DNA of 64,000 nt from Squalus acanthias (Eukaryota): positions 27,344,001-27,408,000 of the forward strand of contig CM059432.1 of assembly GCA_030390025.1 (NCBI GenBank), read 5' to 3'. Below the pieces are notes generated by a model. The model was not told the origin of the DNA, searched no databases, and saw nothing but the letters and a program-made list of their open reading frames with translations. The position numbers and the translations under genes were made by a program. Within the stretch, counting starts at the first letter, position 1. Each line of letters opens with the position of its first letter. Of this stretch, positions 12,601 to 25,320 are shown in pieces.

Positions 12601-15600
12601 GCCTTCTGAAAGTCCAAATACACCACATCCACTGGTTCTCCCTTATCTATTCTACCAGTTACATCCTCAAAAAATTCCAGTAGATTAGTCAAGCATGATT
12701 TACCTTTTGTAAATCCATGTTGACTTTGTCCGATCCTGTAACTGTTTTCCAAGTGCTCTGCTATTACATCTTTTATAATGGACTCTAGCATTTTCCCCAC
12801 TACCGATGTCAGACTTACCGTCTATAATTCCCCGTTTTCTCTCTACCATCTTTTTTAAATAGTGGGGTTACAGTAGCTACCCTCCAATCCATGGGAACTG
12901 TTCCAGAGTCTATAGAATTTTGGAAGATGACCAGCAATGCATCTACTATTTCTAGGGCCACTTCCTAAGTACCCTAGGATGTAGATTATCAGGCCCTGGG
13001 GATTTATCGGCCTTCAATCCCGTCAATTTCCCTAACACCATTTCCCTACAAATACTAATTTCATTCAATTCCTCCCTCTCATTAGACCCTATGTTCCCTG
13101 AAATCTCTGGGAGGTTATTTGTGTCCTCCTTTGTGAAGACAGAACCAAAGTATGTATTTAATTCGTCAGCCATTTCTTTGTTCCCCATTATAAATTCCCC
13201 TGATTCTGACTGCAAGGGACCTACGCTTGACTTCACCAATCTTTTTCTCTTCACATATCTATAGAAGCTTTTACAGTCAGTTTTTATGTTCCCTGCAAGC
13301 TTACTCTCATAATCTATTTTCCCCCTCTTAATTAATCCCTTTGTCCTCCTTTGCTGAATCCTAAACTGCCCCAATCCTCAGGTTTGCTGCTTTTTCTGGC
13401 CAATTTATATGTCCTTTCCTTGGATCTTTTGCTATCCCTAATTTCCCTTGTTAGCCACGGTTGAGTCACATTTTTTGTTTTATTTTTATGCCAAACAGGG
13501 ATGAACAAATTCTGTAGTTCATCCATGCGATCTTTAAATGTTTGCCATTGCCTATCCACCGTCAACCCTTTAAGTAACATTCCCCAATCCATCCTAGCCA
13601 ACTCGTGCCTCATACCATCGTAGTTTCCTTTATTTAAATTCAGGACCCTAGTCTCTGAGTCAACTACTTCACTCTCCATTTTAATGAAGAATTCTATCAT
13701 ATTATGATCGCTCCTCCCCAAGGGGCCTCGCACAAGATTGCTAATTAATCCTTTCTCATTACATAATACCCAGTCTAAGATGGCCTGATCTCTAGTTGGT
13801 TCTTCGACATATTGGTCCTGGAAACCATCCCGTATACACTCTAGGAATTCCTCCTCCACAGTATTGTTACTAATTTGGTTAGCCCAATCTATATGTAGAT
13901 TAAAGTCACCCATAATAACTGCTGTGCCCTTATTGCATGCATCTCTAATTTCCCGTTTAATGCCATCCCCAACCTCAGCATTACTGTTTGGGGGTCTGTA
14001 TACAACTCCCACTAACGTTTTCTGCCCCTTGGTATTTCTCAGCTCTGCCCATACAGATTCCACATCATCAGAGCTAATATCCTTCCTTACGATGGTGTTA
14101 ATCTCCTCTTTAACCAGCAATGCTACCCCACCTCCTTTTCCTTTTTTCCTGTCCTTCCTGAATATTGAATACCCCTGGATATTGAATTCCCAGACTTGGT
14201 CATCCTGGAGCCATGTCTCCGTAATCCCAATTATATCATATCCGTTTACATCTATTTGCACAGCTAATTCATCCACCTTATTACGAATGCTCCTCGCATT
14301 AAGACACAAAGCCTTCAGGCTTGATTTTTTAACACTCTTAGTCCTTTTAGAATTATTATTTACTGTGGCCCTGTTTGATTTCCACCCTTGATTTCTCTGA
14401 CTTCCACTTTTGCTTTTCTCCTTCCTGTCTTTTGTTTCTATCCTTGCTTCCCTTTCCTCTGTCTCCCTGCACAGGTTCAAACCCCCTGCCATTTTAGTTT
14501 AAACCCTCCCCAACAGCACTAGCAAACACTCCCCCTAGGACATCGGTTCTGGTCCCACCCAGGTGCAAACCGTCCAGTTTGTACTGGTCCCACCTCCCGC
14601 AGAACCGGTTCCAATGTCCCAGGAATTTGAATCCCTCCCCCTTGCACCATTCCTCTAGCCACGTATTCATCTGAAATATCCTTCTATTTCTACTCTGACC
14701 AGCACGTGGCACTGGTAGCAATCCTGAGATTACTACCTTTGAGGTCCTAACTCCCTATATTCATCTTTTAGGACCTCATCCCATTTTTTACCTATATCGT
14801 TGGTACCTATATGCTCCACGACAACTGGCTGTTCACCCTCCCCCTCCAGAATGCCCTGCAGCCGCTCTGAGACATCCTTGACCCTTGCACCAGGGAGGCA
14901 ACATACTATCCTGGAGTCTCGTTTGCGGCCGCAGAAATGCCTATCTATTCCCCTTATAATAGAATCCCCTATCATTATAGCTCTCCAGCTTTTTTTCCTC
15001 CCGTCCTGTGCAGCAGGACCACCCATGGTGCCAGGAAGTTGGCTGCTGCTGCCTTCCCCCGATAAGCCATCCCCCTCAACAATATCCAAAGTGGTATATC
15101 TGTTTGAAAGGGGGATGGCCACAGGAGACCCCTGCACTACCTGCCTGCGCCTACTACTCTGCCTGGTGGTCACCCATTTCCTTCCTGCCTGTGCAGCCTT
15201 TACCTGCGGTGTGACCAACTCCCTAACCGTATTATCCACGATGTGCTTAGCATTGCAAATGCTCCAGTACGTATCCATTCGCAGCTCCAGCGCCGCAATG
15301 CGGTCTGTCAGTAGCAGCTGGATACACTTCCCGCACACATGGTCGTCAGGGACACAGGAAGTGTCCCTGATTTCCCACATGCCACGGGGCCAAGCTGTGC
15401 TGCCATGACTTACTCTTTAATTAATTCAAATTAAATTAAATCAAATCAATACCACTAATTACACTATAATTAAATGATATACTCAAGGGCCCTTGTTTAC
15501 CAGCACTCCCTGCTACACAACAGAGACCCTAGAAACTATAAACCACAAAAATTAAGTTTGGAAAAAAGCGAGAAAGAGAAAAATACTCACCTACCAATCA

Positions 15601-16075
15601 CTTACCTGCTTTCTGGTGACGTCACACTTCGATTACTTTTTACTTCTCTCTCTCCTCTCGCTGACTCTGTGCCTCTCGCAGGTCCGCCGCTCAGCTCCGG
15701 TCCCAGGCCTCCTCTCCGCGCTCGTTTTCTCCTTCTCTCGCTGACTCTGTGCCTCTCGCAGGTCCGCCGCACAGCTTTAAGAGGTGCTGACAGCGTCTCT
15801 GTCAGTCTGCTGAACGTTGGGTTTTCATGGCAAGCTTAGGACCCAGTGCTGAACTCAGCGCTACGGTCCAAGTTTGCTGAGGTGATGTTAAGTCGACATC
15901 ACCCTGTCTTCATTTACATTTCCTGGGCCAGCGTTGCTATCGACAGCACTAAGGCCCTCACCAAAATGGCAGCCGCCGACTCCTGCGCCACAGAAAGGCG
16001 CTAGAGTGGTGGCCGCCATTTTTAGACCAGATCGCGGTGGTGACTCGTGGCGGTAAGCGGGACAATTTCTAAAAC
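9684..16075. mobile_element. Internally deleted Harbinger DNA transposon hosting a full-length CR1 and a PLE remnant
   Basis: Ends ggactagaaatt / aatttcta. + strand Myb/SANT-like remnant at 9935-10170 (MWDHITK...IWLQCPKKLHDL) followed by LTPLEETVLAI. Convergent acidic transposase-like C-terminus at 10951-11110 (GQDIRDEII). 11095-11423 plus 15775-16030 aligns with 44497-45109. Confidence 0.65.
11424..15774 (-). mobile_element. Near full-length CR1 LINE (ORF1 with SGNH esterase, ORF2 APE-RT; frameshifted)
   Basis: ORF1 motifs GDSIIRG, HIGTND, DGLHL. ORF2 motifs LNARSI, ITETW, YRPP, MGDFN, SQHGF, YLDFQKAF, GVPQGSVLGP, RPHLEY, FFTQRVVNLWNSLP. 3' octamer tail catagaaa at 11423-11437. 36-bp duplication in the 5' region (15655-15770). 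Confidence 0.95.
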
Positions 16076-16078
16076 ATT

Positions 16079-16390
16079 AATGAGCTTTATGAGTGGAAAG
16101 TTATTGCGTCCATCAGTGTTCCAACTAACTGGGTCTTTTCAATGGTGGTAGCAATGAAAAGAAATGATAAAGTGCACCTGTGCATTGATCCAAGGCCCAA
16201 AAACATAATCATTAACCATTTTAAACCATAAATGATGTTCTGCCTGAACTAGTAAAAGCAAAAACTATTGTGGATGCAAAGAATGGGTTTTTGGCATTAG
16301 GTGAAGAATCAAGGCTGTTGACTAACTTTTCAACACCACTTGGTAGATACAGATGGTTGTGCTTGTCTTTGTATATAGATGATGATACTA
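16079..16390 (+). mobile_element. Ty3/Gypsy reverse transcriptase fragment
   Basis: Hand translation: VIASISVPTNWVFSMVVAMKRNDKVHLCIDPR...INDVLPELVKAK...VDAKNGF...EESRLLTNFSTPLGRYRWLCL...YIDD, with deletions. Confidence 0.8.
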
Positions 16391-18666
16391 GTTTGGATCC
16401 CGAGGACCCCTGCTGAATACTGATACAGTGAGGGTCAGAGTATCATCAGGATTGTAACCGAGCAGACCATCTGTATTCTGGAAGCATGGTTCAGTGCCTT
16501 GATGAACCTAAGGCTAGGACAGTGCTCCAGTGCAGTCCATCCAGGTTGCCACAATTGTTGTAGTTTGCCATTCACATGCCATTAATGTCCCAGAGGGGCG
16601 GGGGAAGGGTGGGTGCACCAAAGGAATGTAAACAAGACCAGCAGGCAGCAAAGGCACTGGAGAAGCTTTTCCCAGCCTTGAGACATCTGTGCAAGAGCTG
16701 ATAAGGAACATCTTCACCTAACTAATAGCACTTTTGTGAATACATCAGACATATCTTGTCATTTAGCTCTCCAGTACCTGTTTTGGATACATTCTCAGAA
16801 ACATTCTCAGATACATTCTCCCAGGCATTCTCCCACCTTGCCACAAATCAATTTTTACACCATGAATACAAACAAATCTTTAAACCATAGAAATATGTTC
16901 TGTTTTCTTGTAGCCTGAATCTGTGTCTACTTTCAACCCCAATCTCCTACTTCTCCTCGGTGCTCCCTCAAGGGCAGGAGATCCTGAAATTACTGGTGCT
17001 TATCAGCAGGAGCCATTGGGGACTGAGGTGGACCTCATCTCAGGGACCTGCGAAAGGCTACGTTTCAACTGCTGCTAGAAGGGCAACCTGGCTACATTCA
17101 GCTGCATGTGAGGGGACTGGCAGGAGGGTACATAGAGGATACTGCCACAAGAAGCAGTTTCATCATGCATGTGCACACCTGCCAGGCCACCAGTACTGGG
17201 CTCTTGCTCTGCTTAGGCACTGATCAGTGGAAAATCTTCAACAGACTAAACTCCGATGGGAGTGGCTGGTGGCAGAAGATACGCTTGCCTACAAAGTGGT
17301 GCCGGGCTGCAAATGGCAGGATGGTGAGAGCCAAAGCTGCTTTCCTAGAAATTCTGCCGTTTGCACCAGAATTGCACCTGACTTAATTTAAGCTTGCAGA
17401 AAAGAGGGGTAAATGCATAACTTGTCAAACCAGGAGTTCATAAACTTTGTCTAAAACAACAGCTTGGAGTGAAATGAGTAGAAGGGTCCTTTCTCAGTTG
17501 TGCTGCCAGGAAAGAATTCTGTTAGCTGCCTTTCACCAGTTGGGTTCATTTTGGTCATTCCCATATATAGAAGCAGAACAGAAGTAGAAGAGGAAATGAG
17601 AGAGGCACACAAGATAAGGCTACATCAAGGGAGAAAAAATCTAACTAGGAGGTAACCAACCACCAGATTCTGCAGACCATGATGCTCCCTCAATGATGTC
17701 TCATAAGAGCTTTGCTTAAGGTGGCAACAGTTCATAAAGGAGGCATAGAAGGAACTCTGTGTCTCATCACACACTGAAGCCTAAACATCCTCTCACATAA
17801 AAAACAAAGAACCAACCAACTTCAGAACACTGGACTCCATATCCCAAAGCTGTTTTATTGTGCGCATCAAGTGCTACATTTCACCACTGTGCATACCCCT
17901 GGTGCCTCTCTTTGCTGTTCTCAAACCTCTCCTGGTGCTGTGCCGCGGTGTTACCTGAGGGTCAGGCTACTGCAGGTACATGGCAGGCTGGTCCTGTGTC
18001 CTGATTCCTACACGAGCAAGCGTCTGAGGGAAGTTGGCTAAACAGGTCACACAAGGAGAGAGGGCAGCAACAAGAAGGCAGCTTTTGGGCAACTTCACTT
18101 GTGCTAGGTCCTGGATCTGAGTGCCCACTGATCAGCAGGAGGGGAGACCTGATGCTATCAGTGCAATCCTGAAGACCCACATAGATGTTGGCCAGAAGCT
18201 CTCAAAAACTACCTTCCATTGTTCTCTCCAAACAGTCACCCAAGGCCTGAGGTCAGCTGTCAAAGCATTGACGTTGAATGAGCTGATTTGTCTGGAAGCC
18301 TCTCTGTCAGGCAAGGATGGATGTAGATGTTCATGGTGCCACCACCTGCTCCAGGTGGCACTGTATTGTGTTGGATCATTCTCAGATATTGACACTGAGA
18401 ATAGAATTAGACTTTTCTGTGACTCCTAACATCTGTCTCTGGTCCTCTGAGGTAGTCCTCAGTGCCACTGTGCGAGGGTGATGCTCATACAGCAACCTTT
18501 TTAGAGCAGGAACCCAGAGATCTGAGGCTCCCAGAGATCTGAGGCCACAGGGTCGGGAGCCAGGGGTTTAATACAGCGGAATGTCCACTATCCACTGTCA
18601 AATCCCACTTTCACCTCTGATTCCTCTGGCACATTGAGGATAATGAAGAAAAGAATGCCACACTTA

Positions 18667-18822
18667 GGGATAATTTTAGCTTTTGCCGATAGTGTATACC
18701 AGACAAAATCGAATTGACCACTTAATATACACACTGCCCGATTTACCTTTCCATTGACTTCAATGGGTGGCCGATCCGATATCGCCCTTTTAACACCAGC
18801 GTCGAAAGTTAAACTTATTTCC
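18667..18822. mobile_element. Short Harbinger-type MITE
   Basis: Starts gggataattttagc...gatagtg, similar to 54930-55055 and the fragment at 61982. Flanks tta/ata. Confidence 0.5.
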
Positions 18823-18878
18823 ATAAAAAGAGTCCACAAAGGAAGGGTCAGATATTTCAAATTTGGCTGCTCTGGTCG

Positions 18879-19090
18879 TTAAGACTTCTTCCTGCAATGC
18901 GAAGGAGTCTTGGGGTTCAAGGAGGTGGCTCTCACTGCTATAGTCACCTCCTTCCACAGAGGGCAAACCACCTTCTTGGCGCATCTTCGACTCCCGATCC
19001 CAAACCATCTCTTCTGCTCCTGATCTCCATTACAAGGATGTGCAGCTCCAGCTTCCTGAAATTTGCTGCTTGTTTCTTCAATATGGCTAC
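18879..19090 (-). mobile_element. Harbinger Myb/SANT-like gene remnant
   Basis: Frameshifted KKQAANFRKLELHILVMEIRSRR ... LWKEVTIAVRATSLNPKTPSHCRKK. Confidence 0.55.
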
Positions 19091-19139
19091 CATCCTTCTT
19101 ACCCAAATTGGTGAGTAGCTGGTGATTGTTCTTTTTTAA

Positions 19140-22100
19140 GTCTTGAGTTTATTTCTGTTAAGTTAGTTAATAATCTGTTAAGTAGAGGCATGGCAGGGCA
19201 CCTCAGTCCCGTGGAATGCACATCTTATGCCATGTGGGAACTCCAGGATGCTTCCAGTGTCCTGGACACCCATGTGTGCAGGAAGTGTCTTCAGCTGGAG
19301 GAACTCAAGCTCCAGTTTTTGGAGCATGAGCAGCAGCTGGCGTCACTGCAGTGCATCCGTGAGGCTGAGAGCTATGTGGATAGCACGTTTTAGGAGGTGG
19401 TCACCCCGCAGCATAAGGGTGTGAAGGCAGAGAGGAAATGGGTGACCGCCAGACAGACAAGGAGGACCAGGCAGGTAGTGCAGGAGTCCCCTGAGTGCAT
19501 CTCACTCTCCAACCAGTATTTTGAATACTGGTGAGAGCGATGGCTCCTCTGGGGAGTACAGACAGAGCCAAGTTCACGGCACCATGGGTGGCTCAGCTGT
19601 ACAGGGGGGGAGGAGGAAGATCGTGAAGGCAATAGTGGTAAGGGATTCGATAGTTAGGAGAACAGACAGGTGTTTCTGTGGCCGCAAACGTGATTCCAGG
19701 ATGGTATGTAGCCTCCCTGGTGCCAGGTTCAATGATGTCACTGAGCGGCTGCAGAACATTCTGAGGGGGGAGGGTGAACAACCAGAGGTTGTGGTCCATA
19801 TTGGTATCAACGACATAGGTAGAAAGAGGGATGAGGTCCTGCAGGCAGATTTTAGGGAGCTAGGAAAGAGATTAAAAAGCAGGACCTCAAAGCTAGTAAT
19901 CTCTGGATTAGTCCCAGTGCCACGAGCTAGTGAGTATAGAAATAGAAGGATAGAGCAGATGAATGCATGGCTGGAGCGATGGTGCAGGAGGGAGGGCTTC
20001 AGATTCCTGGGACATTGGGACCGGTCTTGGGGGAGGTGGGACCTGTACAGGCCGGACGGGTTGCACCTCAACAGAGCTGGAACCTATGTCCTCACGGGGG
20101 GAGGGGGTGGCGGTTTGCTAGTGCTATTGCGGAGGGTTTAAACTAATTTGGCAGTGGGATGGGCACCAGGATGTAGCATTAGAAAGGAAAAATAAAGTGC
20201 ACAAAGGATTGTAAACCTTTCTCTTGCTACGGTTCGGACTTCGAGAATTACGAATAAGCGTAACAGTGACAGATGTGATCAATAAAATTGGTCTTTATTC
20301 ACACTATAGTTCAAAATCCAAGTGTACATAGAAGCACCTTCGGCAATGTATATGCCCGCAGTTTATTAATTCAATCGTACATAAAAGTATCCCCTTAACA
20401 ATATCTAAGCTTTATGTCCGACTTTCATACATACTCCTTTGTCTCTGGGTGATCGGTCCAGGGAGAGTCGTAAGTCGAAACATAGACTGGCCAGCTTTCT
20501 CTGTTCGTCTGTTCTTCCTTCTGTGTTTCTGAATTTCCCGCCCCTGGGTTACTTCCATTACAGGGCCTTTCTGCCGGCCTCCCTCGTATATCACTGTCCG
20601 CCTCCCTCTGATAGGTCAGTTTCTCTGATTGGAGTTTCTTACGCATGACACGTTCATGTTCCTGTGAGGTGTGTGGGGGCGGGACTTCCTTGTCAATCAT
20701 GTTCCTTCTTCCTGTCCATGTGGCCTTTCAAACAAAGGACCATGCTGACCACCAGTCAAAGGACCCCCTGCTGACTTCTGTCATTTTGTGTCTTCACAAA
20801 CAAAGAGCACATGCTGATTTCCTACATTTTGAATCTGTCTGTAACCATTTCACAATTCATTCTGAACTTCGATCTCCACACGGTAGCAATGGTTTTATTA
20901 CAATTTTCAGAATCTTACAGGATTGAGAGAGACAGACAGCACTAGAGTAAGAAATAGTATGGTATTAGGTGGGGTCAGACTAAGAGAGAATACAAGAAGG
21001 TCTAAGATAGGTTTACAGTGCATGTGTGTAAACACATGAAGCATGGTAAATAAGGTTGATGAGCTGTGGCTGCAAATAGCCACATGGGAATATGATGTCG
21101 TGGCGATAATGGAGACCTGGCTCAAAAAAGGGCAGGATTGGGTTTTAAATATTCTTGGATATAAATTGTTCAGGAAAGAGAGGGAAGGAAAGATAGGAGG
21201 TGGGGTGGCAGTATTGGTTAAGGAGAATGTTGCAGTGCTGGAGAGAGAGGATCTCCTGGAGGGGTCAAGGACAGAATCTATTTGGTTAGAATTAAGAAAT
21301 AATAGAGGTGCCATTACTCTACTGGTTAAGAAATAATAGAGGTGCCATTGCACTACTAGGTGTATTCTATAGGCCACCAACTAGAGGAGCAAATTTGCAG
21401 GGAAATTACAGAGAGGTGCAAGAACTGTAGTGAAAATGGGCGACTTCAATTATCCTAATATAGACTGGTATAGTAATAGTGTAAAGGGCAGAGAGGGGGA
21501 AGAATTTCTGAAGTATATTCAGAAGAAGTTCCTTGATCAGTACATTTCTGGCCCAGCGAGGAAGGAGGCATTGCTGAATCTGGTTCTGGGGAATGAGATG
21601 GGTCAAGTGGAGCAAGTGTCAGTAGGGGAATATTTAGGGAACAGTGATCATAGTATCATAAGGTTTAGATTAGCTATGGAAAAGGTCAGGGAGCAATCTA
21701 GAGTAAAAATACTTAATTGGAGGAAGGCAAATTTCAGTGGGTTGAGAATGGATCTGGCCTGGGTAAATTGGAATCAAAGATTGGCAGACAAAACTGTAAT
21801 GGAACAATGGGATGCCTTTAAAGAGGAGATGGTTCAGGTACAGTCGAGGTACATTCCCACAAGGGGGAAAGCCAGAGCTTCCTGGATTATGAAAGAGATA
21901 GAGAGTAAGATGAAGCAGAAAAAGTGCATGTATGACAGATGTCAGGTTGAGAATACAAGTGAGAATCAGGCTGAATATAGAAAGTTCAGAGGGGAAGTGA
22001 AAAAGAAAATAAGAGGGGCAAAGAGAGAGTATGAGAATAGATTGGCAGCTAACATAAAAAGGAATTCAAAAGTCTTCTAACGGCATATAAATAGTAAACA

Positions 22101-23880
22101 GGTAATAACAGGAGGGGTGGGGTCGATTAGGGACCAAAAAGGAGACTACGCATGGAGGTAGAGGGCATGACTGAGGTACTAAATGAGTACTTTGCATCTG
22201 CCTTCACCAAGGAAGAAAATGCTGCCAAAGTCATAGTGAAAGAGGAGGTAGTGGAGATACTAGATGTGATAAAAATTGATAAAGAGGAGGTACTAGAAAG
22301 GTTGTCTGTACTTAAAGATGATAAGTCACGAGGACTGAATGGGATGCATCCTAGGATGCTGAGGGAAGTTAAGGAGGAAATTGCGGAGGTACTGGCCATA
22401 ATTTTCCAATCCTCCTTAGATACGGGGTGGTGCCAGAGGACTGGAGAATTGCAAATGTTACACCCTTTGTTCAAAAAAGGGTGTAAGGATAAACCCAGCA
22501 ACTACAGGCCAGTCAGTTTAACCTCAGTAGTGGGGAAGCTTTTAGAAACAATAATCAGGGGCAAAGTTAACAGTCACTTGGACAAGTGTGGATTAATCAA
22601 GGAAAGCCAGCATGGATTTTTTAAAGGCAAATCGTGTTTAACTAATTTGATTGAGTTTTTTGATGAGGTGACAGAGAGGGTTGATGAGGGCAATGTGATT
22701 GACATGGTGTACGTGGACTTCCAAAAGGCGTTTGATAAAGTGCCACATAATAGGCTTGCCAGGAAAGTTGAAGCCCATTGAATAAAAGGGACAGTGGCAG
22801 TATGGATATGAAATTGACTGAGTGACAGGAAACAGAGGAAACAGGTGAACAGTTGTTTTTCGTACTGGAGGAAGGTATACAGTGGTGTTCCCCAGGGGTC
22901 GGTACTCGGACCACTGCTTTTCTTGATATATATTAATGACTTGGACTTGGGTGTACAGGGCACAATTTCAAAATTTGCAGATGACATAAAACTTGGAAGT
23001 ATAGTGAACAGTGAGGAGGATAGCGATAGACTTCAAGAAGACATAGACAGGCTGGTGAAATGGGCGGACACATGGCAGATAAAATATAACACAGAAAAGT
23101 GCGAAGTGATACATTTTGGTGGGAAGAATGAGGAGAGGCAATATAAACTAAACAATCCTAAAGGGGATGCATGAACAGAGAGACCTGCACAAATCGTTGA
23201 AAGTGGCAGGGCAGGTTGAGAAAGTGGTTAAAAAAGCATATGGGATCCTGGGCTTCATAAATAGAGGCATAGAGTACAAAAGCAAGGAAGTTATGATGAA
23301 CCTGTATAAAACAGTGGTTCAGCCTCAACTGGAGTATTTTGTCTAATTCTGGGCACCGCACTTTAGGAAGGATGTGAAAGCCTTAGAGAGGGTGCAGAAA
23401 AGATTTACGAGAGTGATTCCAGAGATAAGGGGCTTCAGTTATGTGGATAGACTGGAGAAGCTGGGGTTGTTCTCCTTAAAGCAGAGAAGGTTGAGAGGAG
23501 ATTTGATAGAGGTGTTTAAAATCATGAGGGGTCTAGACAGAGTATATAGAGAGAAACTGTTCCCATTGGTGGAAGTGTCGAGAACCAGAGGACACAGATT
23601 TAAGGGGATTGGCAAAAGAACCAAAGGCGACATGAGGAAAAACTTTTTTACGCAGCGAGTGGTTAGGATCCGGAATGCACTGCCTGAAAGGGTGGTGGAG
23701 GCAGACTCAACTGTGGCTTTCAAAAGGGAATTGGATAAGTACCTGAAGAAAACAAATTGCAGGGCTATGGGGAAAGAGCGGGGGAGTGGGACTAGCTTAA
23801 GTGCTCTTGCAGAGAGCTGGCATGGGCTCGACGGGCCGAATGGCCTCCTTCTGTGCTGTAACCACTCTATGATTCTGTGA
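19140..23880 (+). mobile_element. Near full-length decayed CR1 LINE interrupted by a solo LTR
   Basis: ORF1 (C..C, DSIVR, HIGIND, DGLHLN) and ORF2 fragments (METW, MGDFN, ESQHGF, GVPQGSVLGP, KFADD, FFTQRVV). Tail ctatgatt. Confidence 0.93.
20210..20919 (-). mobile_element. Solo LTR (710 bp)
   Basis: TGTAA...TTACA termini; exact 4-bp TSD GGAT (20206-20209, 20920-20923). CR1 sequence resumes across it. tctttatt gives a minus-strand AATAAA. Confidence 0.85.
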
Positions 23881-24870
23881 CCATTTTCCCTTTAAACATC
23901 AGGTTCTATATCTTGCTTTTTCACCAGGTCTCTGCCTTTTACATAGAAACAGGAGTAGTCGAGCCTGGTCCATCATTCAAATAGATCATGGTTGATCTGT
24001 AGCTTAACTACATTTACCCATCTTGGTTCCATATCCCTTAATACCCTTACCTAATAAAAATCTATCAATCTCAGTTTTGAAATTTTCAATTGACCTAACC
24101 TCAACAGATTTTTGGGGGAGAGTGTTCCAGATTTCCACTACCCTTTGTGTGAAGAAGTGCTTCCTGACATCACCCTTGAACGGCCTAGCTCTAATTATAA
24201 GGTTAAAACCCCATGTTCTGGACTCCTACACCAAGGGAAATAGTTTCTATCTTTATTTATTCAAAGAGTAATGAGAATGTGGAACTCGCTTCCACATGGA
24301 GTGGTTGAGGCAAATAGCATAGATGCATTTAAGGGAAATACATGAGGGACAAAGGAATAGAAGGATATGTTGATAGAGTAAGATGAAGTCACTAGAGTGG
24401 GAATAGACTTGTGTGGAGCATAAACACTGGCATAATGGCCGGTTTCTGTGTTGTAAATTCTATCTACCCTAACATATCCTTTAAACACCTCAATTAGATC
24501 ACCTGTTAATCTTCTATACTTGAGGGAATACAAGCCTAGGCTATGCAACCTGTCCTCATAATTTAACCCTTTCAGCCCCGGTATCACTCTGTTGAATCTG
24601 CGCTACACCCCCTCCAAGGCCAATATATCCTTCCTTAGCTATGGTGCACAGAATTGAACGCAGTATTCCATATAATGTCTAACCAGAATTTTCTTCAGGC
24701 CTCCAGACCACCGCCCCAGCTAATTTAAATAGACTGCCTGCATGCATCTACCTATTTAAATTAGCTGATCCCACAATTTACAGCAGGGTCAACACCACAA
24801 CCTGAAGAGGGTCGTCGCCGCTCCAGTTCCAATGGCACTGTTGGAATTTCTGGCCCTTCCTATTTTATTT

Positions 24871-25320
24871 AAGAAAGACTTGCATTGATATAGCACCTTT
24901 CACGACCACTAGACCACAAAGCACTTTATAACCAATGAAGTACAGTCACTGTTGTAATGTGGGAAACGCAGGAGCCAATTTGCACACAGCAAGCTCCCAC
25001 AAACAGCAATGTGATAATGACCAGATAATCTGTTTTTTGTTATGTTAATTGAGGGATAAATATTGGCCAGGACACTGGGGTATAACTCCCCTGCTCTTCT
25101 TCTAAATAGTGCCATGAGATCTTTTGTATCCACCTGAGAGAGCAGACGGGGCCTCAGTTTAACGTCTCATCCAAAAGAAGGCACCTCCAACAGTGCAGCA
25201 CTCCTTCAGCACTGCACTGGAGTGTCAGCCTAGATTTATGTGCTCAAGTCCCTGGAGTGGGACTTGAACCCACAACCTTCTGACTCAAAGGCAAGTGTGC
25301 TGCCCACTGAGCCACAGCTG
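24871..25320 (-). mobile_element. Deu-domain tRNA SINE, near full length
   Basis: Colinear reverse complement of 59664-60115. Confidence 0.85.

Noticed and set aside
13864..15408. Long plus-strand ORFs of 175 and 202 aa
   Set aside because: Antisense shadows of CR1 ORF1 and ORF2.
11424..15774. Active CR1 or domesticated esterase/RT gene
   Set aside because: Both ORFs are broken by several frameshifts and deletions; an SGNH esterase in CR1 ORF1 is already known.
16960..17386. Possible Harbinger transposase fragment (KKQFHHACAHLPG)
   Set aside because: Similarity too weak to support without a profile search.
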